Shown: positions 19,201-27,263 of the stretch, piece by piece
How the letters are laid out: every line of letters begins with the position of its first letter
Position numbering within the stretch: the first letter of the stretch is position 1
DNA from: a virus
Taxonomy: Duplodnaviria; Caudoviricetes
Virus record (IMG/VR): IMGVR_UViG_3300027798_000088
Coordinates: 1 to 41,411 of that record
Length of the DNA stretch: 41,411 nucleotides
Direction: 5' to 3' (one strand)
Program-made: the position numbers and the translations under genes
The notes under the pieces: model-generated
What the model was told of the DNA's origin: nothing
The model's database searches: none
The model's input: only the letters and a program-made list of their open reading frames with translations

Positions 19201-22200
19201 GATAGTGCATTAACAACAGGATCTTCTGCTAGTTCATTTATTGGTGCTAATATAGATATTATTACTGCTATATTAACTGGCGGCGCCACAACATTTAGAC
19301 CAAACTTAACTGTAACAAGTATTACATCAACTAATACACTTAACACTACAGGGGCCCACGGCCTGGCCGCAGGTGATCTTATTGTTCCTAGAGTAACTGC
19401 TTTTGGACTAACAGCAGATATTCGTTATTATGTACTGGCTTCAGGATTAACTGGCACTGCCTTCCAAGTGTCAACTAGTTTTGGTGGAACACTCGTAGGA
19501 AGTTTAACTAACGGTTCTGGATTATCATTCATTGTTGACACTGAAGATAGGCCAATTGCAACAGATAGCGTAACAACAACTACAGCATTGATTACTGCTT
19601 ATACTACACTTAGTGCAGCAGTAGGTACAATTGTAACTAGTATGACTAGTTTCATTACCGCTAACTATCCAACATTAAGCTACAACAGTGCCAAGTGTCA
19701 GCGTGATGCAAGAATTATTCTTGATGCAGTCGGCTACGACTTCATGTTTAACAGCAACTTTCAAACAATTAAAGCAGCTTATGCCTATTTAAGAAGTTCA
19801 GCTAGTGATGTATTCAGTTTAAATCAGAAAGCAGCCACTCGTGCAGCATTTAGCTATGTAAAAACACTGGCTAAATCAAATGTTGGCGGCGATGCAACCG
19901 CGCAAGCACGTATTGAAACGCTAATGACCACGCTGGACGACATTCTCTTTGGTGCAACAGCCGAAGGTTCGTTGAGCGTTGATGGATTCGCTAATATCTA
20001 CTATGCAGTCTTACAATTAGAACGTAACAGAGATTACATGGTAAATGAAATTTCTGCATATATTGCCTCTACGTACACTGGCACAGTAACAGCTACTACC
20101 TCAGGGTCTAATATATTAACTATTAGTGACACTAGCTGGTTGCAAAGAAATACAATTATTTCATTTAGCGGTGCAGTATTTGGTAATGTTGACGCTGGTA
20201 TACAATACTATGTGCAAAATGTAGTAAGCCCTACTACTTTTAAAATTGCAGCTGCGGCTAACGGAACAACACCAATAAATCTAGCAACTGTTCCTTCAGG
20301 GTCAATGACTGTAAGTTTGTTCTATGATACTGCAGCGTGTGAAAGAGATGTTAATGCGTATATTGACGCTATCAAATATGATCTTAAGTATCCAGGGAAC
20401 TACAAATCATTATTAGCAGCTCGTTATTATTCTAATGCAGTCGCCGGTAGCTTAGAAGAAGACATGTATTATCTAAGAAATGGTACAGGTCTAAGAAATC
20501 AAACATTAGCTGATTTAAGCGGAGATCTACTAGCACCTAATGCTTACGGAACTTCAAGGGTTAGTGCAGGTGCATATGCAAGTTTAGATCCAGGATGGGG
20601 CCCTGCTGACTCTAGTACATGGATTACTAGTCGTAGCCCGTACGTACAAAACGTAACAACATTTGGTAATGCTGCAATTGGACAGAAAGTAGACGGTAGT
20701 TTACACAATGGCGGCAATAAATCTATTACATCTAATGACTTTACACAGGTTATATCAGACGGTATTGGAGCATGGATTACTAATAATGCTAGAGCTGAAC
20801 TTGTTTCAGTATTCTCATACTATTCTCATATTGGATACCTAGCTGAGAATGGCGGACGTATTCGTGGTACTAATGGTAATAATTCTTACGGAGACTTTGG
20901 ATCGGTAGCTGAAGGATTTGATTCTACAGAAACTCCAAATACTGCAGTAGTTGATAATAAACAATTCCGAGCAGAAGTAGGATCAGTACTTACAAATTCT
21001 GTTGATACTGTTTATCAATTTGAATTTAACAATGCAGGAACTGATTATACTGCTGCCACATGGGCTATTAGTGGTGCAGGTATAAATGCAGCAACCGAAC
21101 AAGATGAATTCCGAGACGGCGCAGTCTTTCAAGTTAGATTATTAGATAACATTGATGATAGTACTGATGCTCCGGAAGCTGACGGCAATTATGGCGGTAT
21201 TGACTATATTTCAAACGCTAACACAGCCCAAGGCGGAACTGCTACACAAATTACCATTGCGGCTACTGATAGTGAAATTAGTGCAGCATACGTTGGTATG
21301 AAAGTTTATCTAACAGGTGGTAGTGGTGCAGGACAATTTGGTATCATTGCTACATACAATGCTGGTACAAAAATTGCAACAGTTACTAGAGAGACTACTG
21401 GTGCTGCTGGGTGGGATCATGTGGTATCAGGTACAACTATTGTATCACCTGATGCTTCTACTACATATATAATTGAACCTAGAATTTCATTCACATCGCC
21501 AAGTTACAGCACTAATGCTAGAACAACCGCATCTACATTAACGTGGGTTGATACTAAGTATGCACCAATTACTAAACTTTATACTTCAGTTACTGGAACT
21601 ACATCAGGTAGCGGCTTGAGTGCTAGTTTTAATGTAACTAGAAAAAACACAAAATATTCATTTGTTGATATTATAAATGCTGGTACTGGATATGCTAGAT
21701 TAGACACAATTACTCTAGCAGGAACAAATTTAGGCGGTGCAAGTACTACTAACGATATTACTATTACTATTACATCAGTTAACAGTATTACTGGTGCTAT
21801 ACAGGCTTTTGAATTCAGCGGATATGCTGCAGGCGGAAACTTTGTAGCTCTTGCTACTGGAACAAACACAGTTGATACTTCAGCTAACGGAACAACGTGG
21901 ACAGCTAGAACCGGAGTACTGGCAGCAAATACCACATGGATTGCTATGGCAGAGGGTGCCCTTACTGCGACAGAAACTGCTGGGTCTTTTGTAACAGGTC
22001 GAGCCTATCAAATACTAACATTAGGTAATACTCTTTGGACTAGTATTGGTGCCAGTGCTAATATAGTAGGCACAAGATTTATTGCTACCGGCACAGGCGG
22101 TGCAACAACAGGAACAGCAGCACCTATTGCTAATCATCTAGTGGCAATTGCCAGTGGCGGAACTACCGGCACAACATATTCTGTAGACGGTGGTGTAACA

Positions 22201-23868
22201 TGGGCTGCTGGTGGAGCACTACCAGCTGGTTCTTACACCGCAATTGCCTATGGAAACGGTCGTTGGGTGGCAATTGCCACAGGCAGCTCAGTTAACGCAT
22301 ACAGTACCAATGGTGGTATAACATGGACCGCAGGTGGGACCGGTGCAGCTTTGACAAGCGCAGCATGGACAGGCATTGCCTACGGTGGTGGGAAATTTGT
22401 TGCAGTGGCTAGTGGCGGAACTACATCTGCATACTCTACAAACGGTGGTGTAAACTGGATTGCAGCAACCGGACTAGCTAGTTCTAACTGGCAGTCAATA
22501 TCATGGGGTAACAATAGATTTGTTGCAGTATCGAACACTAGCGGCACTGCTGCTGCTTATAGTTTAAACGGTATAACGTGGACTGCAAGCACACTACCGG
22601 CTACTGCACAATGGACAAGAATTGCCTACGGTCAAGGCGTGTTTTTAGCAGTAAGCCAGTCAACACAAGCTGCAAGTTCTGAAGATGGTATAAACTGGAC
22701 TTCGAGAACAACTAGTACAGCAGCCAACGGCTTTAGTGGTGTTGCCCACGGCAATCCTAACCAAAGTGGCATTTGGGTAGCAGTACAAAGAAGTACAGCA
22801 GGAACAGTAGCAAGTTCTATATTAGTAGGTGCTACAACTAGAGCTCGAGCATACGTATCAAATAACAAGATCTTTGCTATTAGACTATTAGAACCAGGAT
22901 CCGGATACACAGTTGCGCCAACTATTACTATTACTGATCCGAATAACATCTACGAAGCACCGACTAGCGTTAGAATCGGTAACGGTGCCCTTGCAAATCC
23001 AAGTTTTACTAATAGAGGAGTCGGATACTTATCAGCTAGTGTCGAACTAGATACAGGTGACGGTTATGCTAGTAATTTCCAAAGCGGACAATTTATTGCT
23101 GTTAAGAGATTAACATCAGAACCAGTTTCCGGATCTAATGTAGTATTTGGACATTTACCAAATCAAACATTTAAACTAGTTAACATTGTTTCGTTAGCTG
23201 GACTGTACGATGGTAGTTATTCAGCATTTTTCCAAGTTAGTCCCGATGTGTCACTTTTTGATTCACCTAACGATGCAGTCAGTGTTTCAACAAGAATTAG
23301 ATATAGTCAAGTACGATTAACTGGACACGATTTCTTAGATATCGGAACTGGAAATTTATCTGAAACAAATTATCCAAACACACCTACACAAGAACCAGTA
23401 CAAGATAATGAAACTGTTGAAAGCAATGGCGGCCGAGTGTTCTTTACAAGTACTGACCAAGACGGTAACTTTAGGGTCGGAGACTTGTTTACTATTGAAC
23501 AGTCAACTGGTATTGCAACATTAAACGCAGATGCATTTAATATTTCAGGGTTGCAAGAAATTACATTAGGTGCTGTAAGTTTAGGCGGAAGTTCGGCAAC
23601 GATTTCAGAATTCTCAACAGATCCTTTCTTTACAGCTAACTCAGATAACATCGTACCGACGCAGAGAGCAATTAAAGCATATATCACATCACAAATTGGT
23701 GGTGGTGGTGCTGCATTGAACGTAAATAGTGTTACAGCCGGGTTTATTCAAATATCTGGATCTCAGATTACAACAACAACCGGTGGCACAATTTTAATGA
23801 AAGCAACATTTAATTTCACAGGCGGCGTAAGGGGCTTACCAACAGCCCTGAGTTATTTCTTAACATAA
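16237..23868 (+). CDS. Giant modular fibre/adhesin B2, paralog of B1, with four CxRD helical modules and three inserted beta domains
   Basis: 2543 aa; seven CBM5/12-like repeats (~16273-17650); beta-helix motifs from 17815; CxRD modules with Cys codons at 18061, 18958, 19696 and 20338; Asp-box-like propeller blades (~21840-22820). Confidence 0.75.
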   Translation: MAEFKLGRIKFVWKDDWSTGITYLKDDVIRYGGKTYICVVGHISAADFNTDLNFVPSKWNLMTDGQAWRGSWTISTAYRIGDTVKYGGNVYLCNLGHTSASTASSGLENDSSKWDIFAEGFDWKGDWTVSTRYKLNDLVKYGGYTYVCNLGHTSAATVALGLENNIANWDVFNSGIEYKDTWITLTRYKLNDVVKYGGGLWICTTQHSAGATFAGDTANWSQFVEGLEFENTWSSGAAYQPGDVVRYGGNQYVAKTQHTNSNPLVGTANWDLFSEGLKYQSDWAITTSYKIGEVVKLNGYTYLATTDAPAITTTASATDVSTKYITVASTTGMVANMAVKFTGTTFGNVFTNGTYYVRQVIDGFNFTISNTPAGAIFTPTTAAGTMSVTAAAKPPNAAYWSQLTAGVNWRDLWSDDAEYVIGDTVRYGSNVYICVLAHRSEGDDVSTVGATGGGQANSRPDLDITNIYWNLFNVGSETSVLTTLGDMVYFGGAGPTRLPIGQEGQILRVSADSIPEWVSWGTADHAYYVSPTGEDIPAPIYGKTLDKPWKTIRYACEQVERGPRNPNAKRLLELNTPFIQREVTEWIDRQVTTNTAPFTTSFVYAQDRCERDVGLVIDALLYDIGHGGNVKSRGAALAYVNAITEDNPGVYVNLAAEADEDIAAYNYMLTVIESVLNNEAPAVNYQVLNGDNSTAVVPQYIDTNYTAEAGAMTAITELVTIITDALADQNADNIPARYAPNNLIQVRTGRYREVLPIIVPAETCVMGDELRSTNAGPAGSLVSRYDTKYSIGSLGRLETVAGQIVLGTNVTESPGNTSIQYNGWPLATAQQATSVQQLVRTMQHKIDYNLGTTVLFNYPNPTGYNSSYLIGYGDARTLLKENKEFMQAEIIAFITATYPGIKYSKTICKRDVGYVVDAMVYDLTYGGSTQTLNAGLAYFDGVGSTLMIDSTELTATIASYNRLKTVMQQIIINTTVTRSATNDAVQFTDSALTTGSSASSFIGANIDIITAILTGGATTFRPNLTVTSITSTNTLNTTGAHGLAAGDLIVPRVTAFGLTADIRYYVLASGLTGTAFQVSTSFGGTLVGSLTNGSGLSFIVDTEDRPIATDSVTTTTALITAYTTLSAAVGTIVTSMTSFITANYPTLSYNSAKCQRDARIILDAVGYDFMFNSNFQTIKAAYAYLRSSASDVFSLNQKAATRAAFSYVKTLAKSNVGGDATAQARIETLMTTLDDILFGATAEGSLSVDGFANIYYAVLQLERNRDYMVNEISAYIASTYTGTVTATTSGSNILTISDTSWLQRNTIISFSGAVFGNVDAGIQYYVQNVVSPTTFKIAAAANGTTPINLATVPSGSMTVSLFYDTAACERDVNAYIDAIKYDLKYPGNYKSLLAARYYSNAVAGSLEEDMYYLRNGTGLRNQTLADLSGDLLAPNAYGTSRVSAGAYASLDPGWGPADSSTWITSRSPYVQNVTTFGNAAIGQKVDGSLHNGGNKSITSNDFTQVISDGIGAWITNNARAELVSVFSYYSHIGYLAENGGRIRGTNGNNSYGDFGSVAEGFDSTETPNTAVVDNKQFRAEVGSVLTNSVDTVYQFEFNNAGTDYTAATWAISGAGINAATEQDEFRDGAVFQVRLLDNIDDSTDAPEADGNYGGIDYISNANTAQGGTATQITIAATDSEISAAYVGMKVYLTGGSGAGQFGIIATYNAGTKIATVTRETTGAAGWDHVVSGTTIVSPDASTTYIIEPRISFTSPSYSTNARTTASTLTWVDTKYAPITKLYTSVTGTTSGSGLSASFNVTRKNTKYSFVDIINAGTGYARLDTITLAGTNLGGASTTNDITITITSVNSITGAIQAFEFSGYAAGGNFVALATGTNTVDTSANGTTWTARTGVLAANTTWIAMAEGALTATETAGSFVTGRAYQILTLGNTLWTSIGASANIVGTRFIATGTGGATTGTAAPIANHLVAIASGGTTGTTYSVDGGVTWAAGGALPAGSYTAIAYGNGRWVAIATGSSVNAYSTNGGITWTAGGTGAALTSAAWTGIAYGGGKFVAVASGGTTSAYSTNGGVNWIAATGLASSNWQSISWGNNRFVAVSNTSGTAAAYSLNGITWTASTLPATAQWTRIAYGQGVFLAVSQSTQAASSEDGINWTSRTTSTAANGFSGVAHGNPNQSGIWVAVQRSTAGTVASSILVGATTRARAYVSNNKIFAIRLLEPGSGYTVAPTITITDPNNIYEAPTSVRIGNGALANPSFTNRGVGYLSASVELDTGDGYASNFQSGQFIAVKRLTSEPVSGSNVVFGHLPNQTFKLVNIVSLAGLYDGSYSAFFQVSPDVSLFDSPNDAVSVSTRIRYSQVRLTGHDFLDIGTGNLSETNYPNTPTQEPVQDNETVESNGGRVFFTSTDQDGNFRVGDLFTIEQSTGIATLNADAFNISGLQEITLGAVSLGGSSATISEFSTDPFFTANSDNIVPTQRAIKAYITSQIGGGGAALNVNSVTAGFIQISGSQITTTTGGTILMKATFNFTGGVRGLPTALSYFLT

Positions 23869-23880
23869 ACGGAGTTTTAT

Positions 23881-24210
23881 ATGGCAACAGGAAGATTAGG
23901 AGCAACGGACTTAACAACTACAAGTGACACTAATGTCTATGGTCCAGTAGCAGCAAGTACATTTACAGTAGCATCAATTAGCTTGTGTAATAGAGGTGCT
24001 AGTACTATACAAGTTCGTATAGCAGTTAGTACCTCAGCAACTACACCTACTAACGGTGAATACATAGAGTACGATGCTAATATTACAGCAAAAGGTGTTC
24101 TTGAAAGAACAGGTATTGTTATGGACACTGGAAAATACCTTATAGTAAAATCAAGTGCAAGCAACGTACTTAGTGCAGTTGTTATGGGCATTGAAACATC
24201 AATTGCTTAA
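23881..24210 (+). CDS. Small beta-sandwich virion protein, paralog 3 of 3
   Basis: 109 aa, SD GGAG; VASISLCNRG...EYIEYD...GVLERTGIVM..G..LIV.S...SAVVMGIE. Confidence 0.65.
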   Translation: MATGRLGATDLTTTSDTNVYGPVAASTFTVASISLCNRGASTIQVRIAVSTSATTPTNGEYIEYDANITAKGVLERTGIVMDTGKYLIVKSSASNVLSAVVMGIETSIA

Positions 24211-24224
24211 TTTAAGGAAATAAA

Positions 24225-24836
24225 ATGGGAAGAAGAATTACCAACGGTATAACAACCAGCAACGTTTCAGTTCCTGCAACATTAAACATTGTTAACACTA
24301 CTATTAGTACATCTGAAACTAATGCAAATTTAGTGCTAGCACCTGACGGCACAGGTATTGTTAGTTTAGGGTCTAAAAATCTTACTACAACTGGTACTGT
24401 TACTGTTGGTACTATTACCAACAACGGTGGTAGCGATAGTGCAACTTTTAATACTATCAGTGCAAACGGTCTAGCAACATTTAATGAAATTTCTGAAATT
24501 ACACAAACACTAACCAACGCAACTGGTACAGTTGCGCACGATTTCAGTGGTGGAGGAATTTTCTATCACACTACTCCTGCAGCAAACTGGACAGCAAACT
24601 TTACCAACGTGCCCACTACTGACAACAGAGCAATTGCTATGGTGTTAGTTATTAATCAAGGTGGAACAGGTCGTTATCCTAGCGCAGTGCAAATTGCAGG
24701 AGTTGGTCAAACAATACGCTGGGCAAACAACACTGTCCCAACACCCGGAGTTAACAAAATTGACATTGCTACTTTTACATTGTTAAGAATTTCAAGCACT
24801 TGGTTTGTTGTAGGCAACTATACAAGCTATGCATAA
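24225..24836 (+). CDS. Short fibre protein with phage fibre C-terminal beta-sandwich
   Basis: 203 aa, SD AAGGA; one NANLVLAPDGTG repeat like those in A1/A2; C-terminal QGGTGR...IRW....PT.....IDI.TF domain common in phage fibre tips. Confidence 0.65.
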   Translation: MGRRITNGITTSNVSVPATLNIVNTTISTSETNANLVLAPDGTGIVSLGSKNLTTTGTVTVGTITNNGGSDSATFNTISANGLATFNEISEITQTLTNATGTVAHDFSGGGIFYHTTPAANWTANFTNVPTTDNRAIAMVLVINQGGTGRYPSAVQIAGVGQTIRWANNTVPTPGVNKIDIATFTLLRISSTWFVVGNYTSYA

Positions 24837-24855
24837 TATAGGATAGGAGTAACAT

Positions 24856-26184
24856 ATGCCTTTCATTGGGTCAATAAGTGGTTCGCAAGGATTTGGTCGA
24901 GGCGGCGGCGCAGCACCACCGTCGTGGATATCATCTGGTAGTTTAGGAACATTAACCGATGCGCAACGAGCAGCAGGCAATACTATTACAGTTAGTGCTA
25001 GTGCTGGCCCCGGAGCAACAAGTGTTTCATATAGCTTAGTTACTGGATCATTGCCAGCTGGGGCAAGTTTAAACGGAACAAGCGGAATTATTTCTGGATT
25101 TAGTGCGGTATCGTCAAATACTACAAGTAATTTTACACTTAGGGCAACTAATAATGCAGGGTTAACCGCCGATGCTGCTCTATCTATAACAATCAATGCT
25201 GTTACCATCTCATGGAGTTCCCCTGCTAGTCAGACATTTCCGTCGCAGCTCGTTGGTAATACATTTACTACTCGAACATATGTTGCATCGGCTAGTTCAG
25301 GATCAATTGCGTATACAGTAGTATCAGGTAGCGTCCCGTCAGGCACATCAGTTGCCAGCAATGGTTCACACACTGGTACAATCAGCGGCGGCGCCACTAC
25401 TTATAACTGGACTATTCGTGCAACAGTGACTAGTGGCTCAGCAACTGCAACAGTAGATCAAAGTTTTGCGCAAGCTGTCACTGCACCTATTGATTTAATA
25501 AACACTACAACATTCCAAAACTTAAGAAATTACATGGTTGCACGTCAAACCAACTATCGAAACAGCAATTTCTATTCTTGGTCATTAGATGCTTCTCCGA
25601 GTCAGATCAGCGACGGTGGTGGTGACATGTATGACGGCGGACACTGCATTTCTTTACTAGAAAACGGCAGTCAGGTTGCAGGCGGTTGCTTAGATTTTAA
25701 TAATGGCAACTCTACTGGAGGAAATCTACGCTGGGGCGCAGGTGGTTACACTTACCCATTATTTGCACTTGCAACGTCGGGCCGCGCAAACAGAACTTAT
25801 GGGTGGAACAGTAACGGAAATCTTGGTGCAGACGGCGGCGGAAGTAGAACTAATCAGCAGGTTTACAATGTGCAAACAGTTAATGGTTGTATAGTACACT
25901 CTTGGATTGGGAATTTAAGTTACAATGCCGGCGACCCTAGTGTAAATTATCTGTATGTAACTATAGGACATTCTACGTTAGGATCTTCTATTAATGCAGT
26001 TAACAATCAAGATGCTCCTGGAAGTCCAGATAATGATAATCACACTTATCAAACAACTAGCTTTAATTGTATAATTGCTAGAGTGCTGTGTAGTAGTCCC
26101 AGCGGCACAATTGTTAACGCAGGACAAGCTCAAACCATAGTAGGGCAAATGACTCAACATTTTAGAGAAGCACTTGGTCTATAA
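24856..26184 (+). CDS. Putative adhesin/receptor-binding protein with two Ig-like (He_PIG/cadherin-like) domains
   Basis: 442 aa, SD AGGAG; YSLVTGSLPAGASLNGTSGIISG...FTLRAT and YTVVSGSVPSGTSVASNG..TG...WTIRAT are Ig-like repeats; unrecognised C-terminal domain. Confidence 0.65.
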   Translation: MPFIGSISGSQGFGRGGGAAPPSWISSGSLGTLTDAQRAAGNTITVSASAGPGATSVSYSLVTGSLPAGASLNGTSGIISGFSAVSSNTTSNFTLRATNNAGLTADAALSITINAVTISWSSPASQTFPSQLVGNTFTTRTYVASASSGSIAYTVVSGSVPSGTSVASNGSHTGTISGGATTYNWTIRATVTSGSATATVDQSFAQAVTAPIDLINTTTFQNLRNYMVARQTNYRNSNFYSWSLDASPSQISDGGGDMYDGGHCISLLENGSQVAGGCLDFNNGNSTGGNLRWGAGGYTYPLFALATSGRANRTYGWNSNGNLGADGGGSRTNQQVYNVQTVNGCIVHSWIGNLSYNAGDPSVNYLYVTIGHSTLGSSINAVNNQDAPGSPDNDNHTYQTTSFNCIIARVLCSSPSGTIVNAGQAQTIVGQMTQHFREALGL

Positions 26185-26193
26185 TTAATTTAT

Positions 26194-26694
26194 ATGACAT
26201 GGGAATATGTTGTTTTAAATCAGGTCTTTACTAAAGAAGAATGTAAAGAAATGTCAGAGACATTATGGTCGGAATTTAAAAATAATAATTATAAGTACGA
26301 CAACCAATGTTTAAAAAGCCCAGCTTTTTCTGACGCACTACAAGACAAATACACTCAACGTCTACAAGAAAAATTAGAATCTATTTTAGTTGCTCCGGTT
26401 GAATATCAATTCAATTACAGTAGAATTTATTTCAAAGACGAAATACTATTGCCACATAAAGACAAGAGCAACTGCAAATATAATTTTTCAGTAACTCTTG
26501 ACTATTATTCAGGCGACGTTTGGCCGTTGTTCTTATACAGTAATAAAGAACAACAAATAATCAAATTATCTTTAGACCAAGGCGATGTTCTACTATATAA
26601 AGGAACAGAATTGTTACATTGGAGAACTCCATTTACTAACACCTGGCAAACACAGGCTTTCTGGTTTTTTAATAATCCTAAAACATCTACATGA
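26194..26694 (+). CDS. 2OG-Fe(II) oxygenase family protein
   Basis: YSRIY....L.PHKD...SVTL...GDVLLY.G..L.HWR gives an HxD...H iron-binding triad in a DSBH pattern. Confidence 0.8.
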   Translation: MTWEYVVLNQVFTKEECKEMSETLWSEFKNNNYKYDNQCLKSPAFSDALQDKYTQRLQEKLESILVAPVEYQFNYSRIYFKDEILLPHKDKSNCKYNFSVTLDYYSGDVWPLFLYSNKEQQIIKLSLDQGDVLLYKGTELLHWRTPFTNTWQTQAFWFFNNPKTST

Positions 26695-27263
26695 TCGAAT
26701 ACTACGAAAATATTGATAGCGAAGAAACTTCTGCTGAACTAGAAACATTTTTATTAAATTCTTCTTGGACATGGGGGCATAAATCATTAAACGATCTTAC
26801 TGCTCGAAGTATTCCTCACTGGACTATAATTTTTGGCGGAAAAACAAACAGCAAAGATCAAAATTTTGACTGTGAACATGAATTAACAGGCGTTGTTAAA
26901 ACTGTATGGAATAATGTTAAAGAAAAATATTTTCAAGAAGATGATAGGCTTGTTAGATGTTATGCAAACGCCATTACCGCCGGTATAGATCAAAGACTAC
27001 ATACTGATGATACATTACCAGGTGCTAAAACTTTAATTGTCTATGTTAATAAAACGTGGACTGTTGATTATGCCGGGGAAACTATAATATGGGATCGTGA
27101 AAAAAGGCAAATAGTTGGATCCTATTTGCCTAAATTTAATTCTTGTTTGTTAATTCCCGGCAATTGCTGGCATGGAGTTAGACCAGTAAGTGCATATTGT
27201 GATACTATACGAATGAGTATTATGTTTAAGACTCGTCCAGAATCTAAATTAACTTTGGTTTAA
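26691..27263 (+). CDS. 2OG-Fe(II) oxygenase (prolyl-4-hydroxylase-like)
   Basis: RCYAN...HTD...IVY.N..W...GET...HGVRP...RMSI: HxD...H triad plus 2OG-binding RxS; ATGA overlap with the upstream gene. Confidence 0.85.
   Translation: MIEYYENIDSEETSAELETFLLNSSWTWGHKSLNDLTARSIPHWTIIFGGKTNSKDQNFDCEHELTGVVKTVWNNVKEKYFQEDDRLVRCYANAITAGIDQRLHTDDTLPGAKTLIVYVNKTWTVDYAGETIIWDREKRQIVGSYLPKFNSCLLIPGNCWHGVRPVSAYCDTIRMSIMFKTRPESKLTLV

Noticed and set aside
22267-22280. Perfect 14-bp palindrome GTGGCAATTGCCAC
   Set aside because: It lies inside coding sequence and is explained by the V-A-I-A codons; there is no regulatory context.
2648-26160. Many minus-strand ORFs of 60-140 aa inside the fibre genes, and the frame-shifted ORF 25703..25894
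   Set aside because: These are shadow ORFs produced by the codon bias of long Thr/Gly/Asn-rich genes; they have no SD, promoter or recognisable motifs.
24856-26184. Diversity-generating retroelement target
   Set aside because: No reverse transcriptase and no second copy differing only at adenines were seen in the window; a distant template cannot be excluded.
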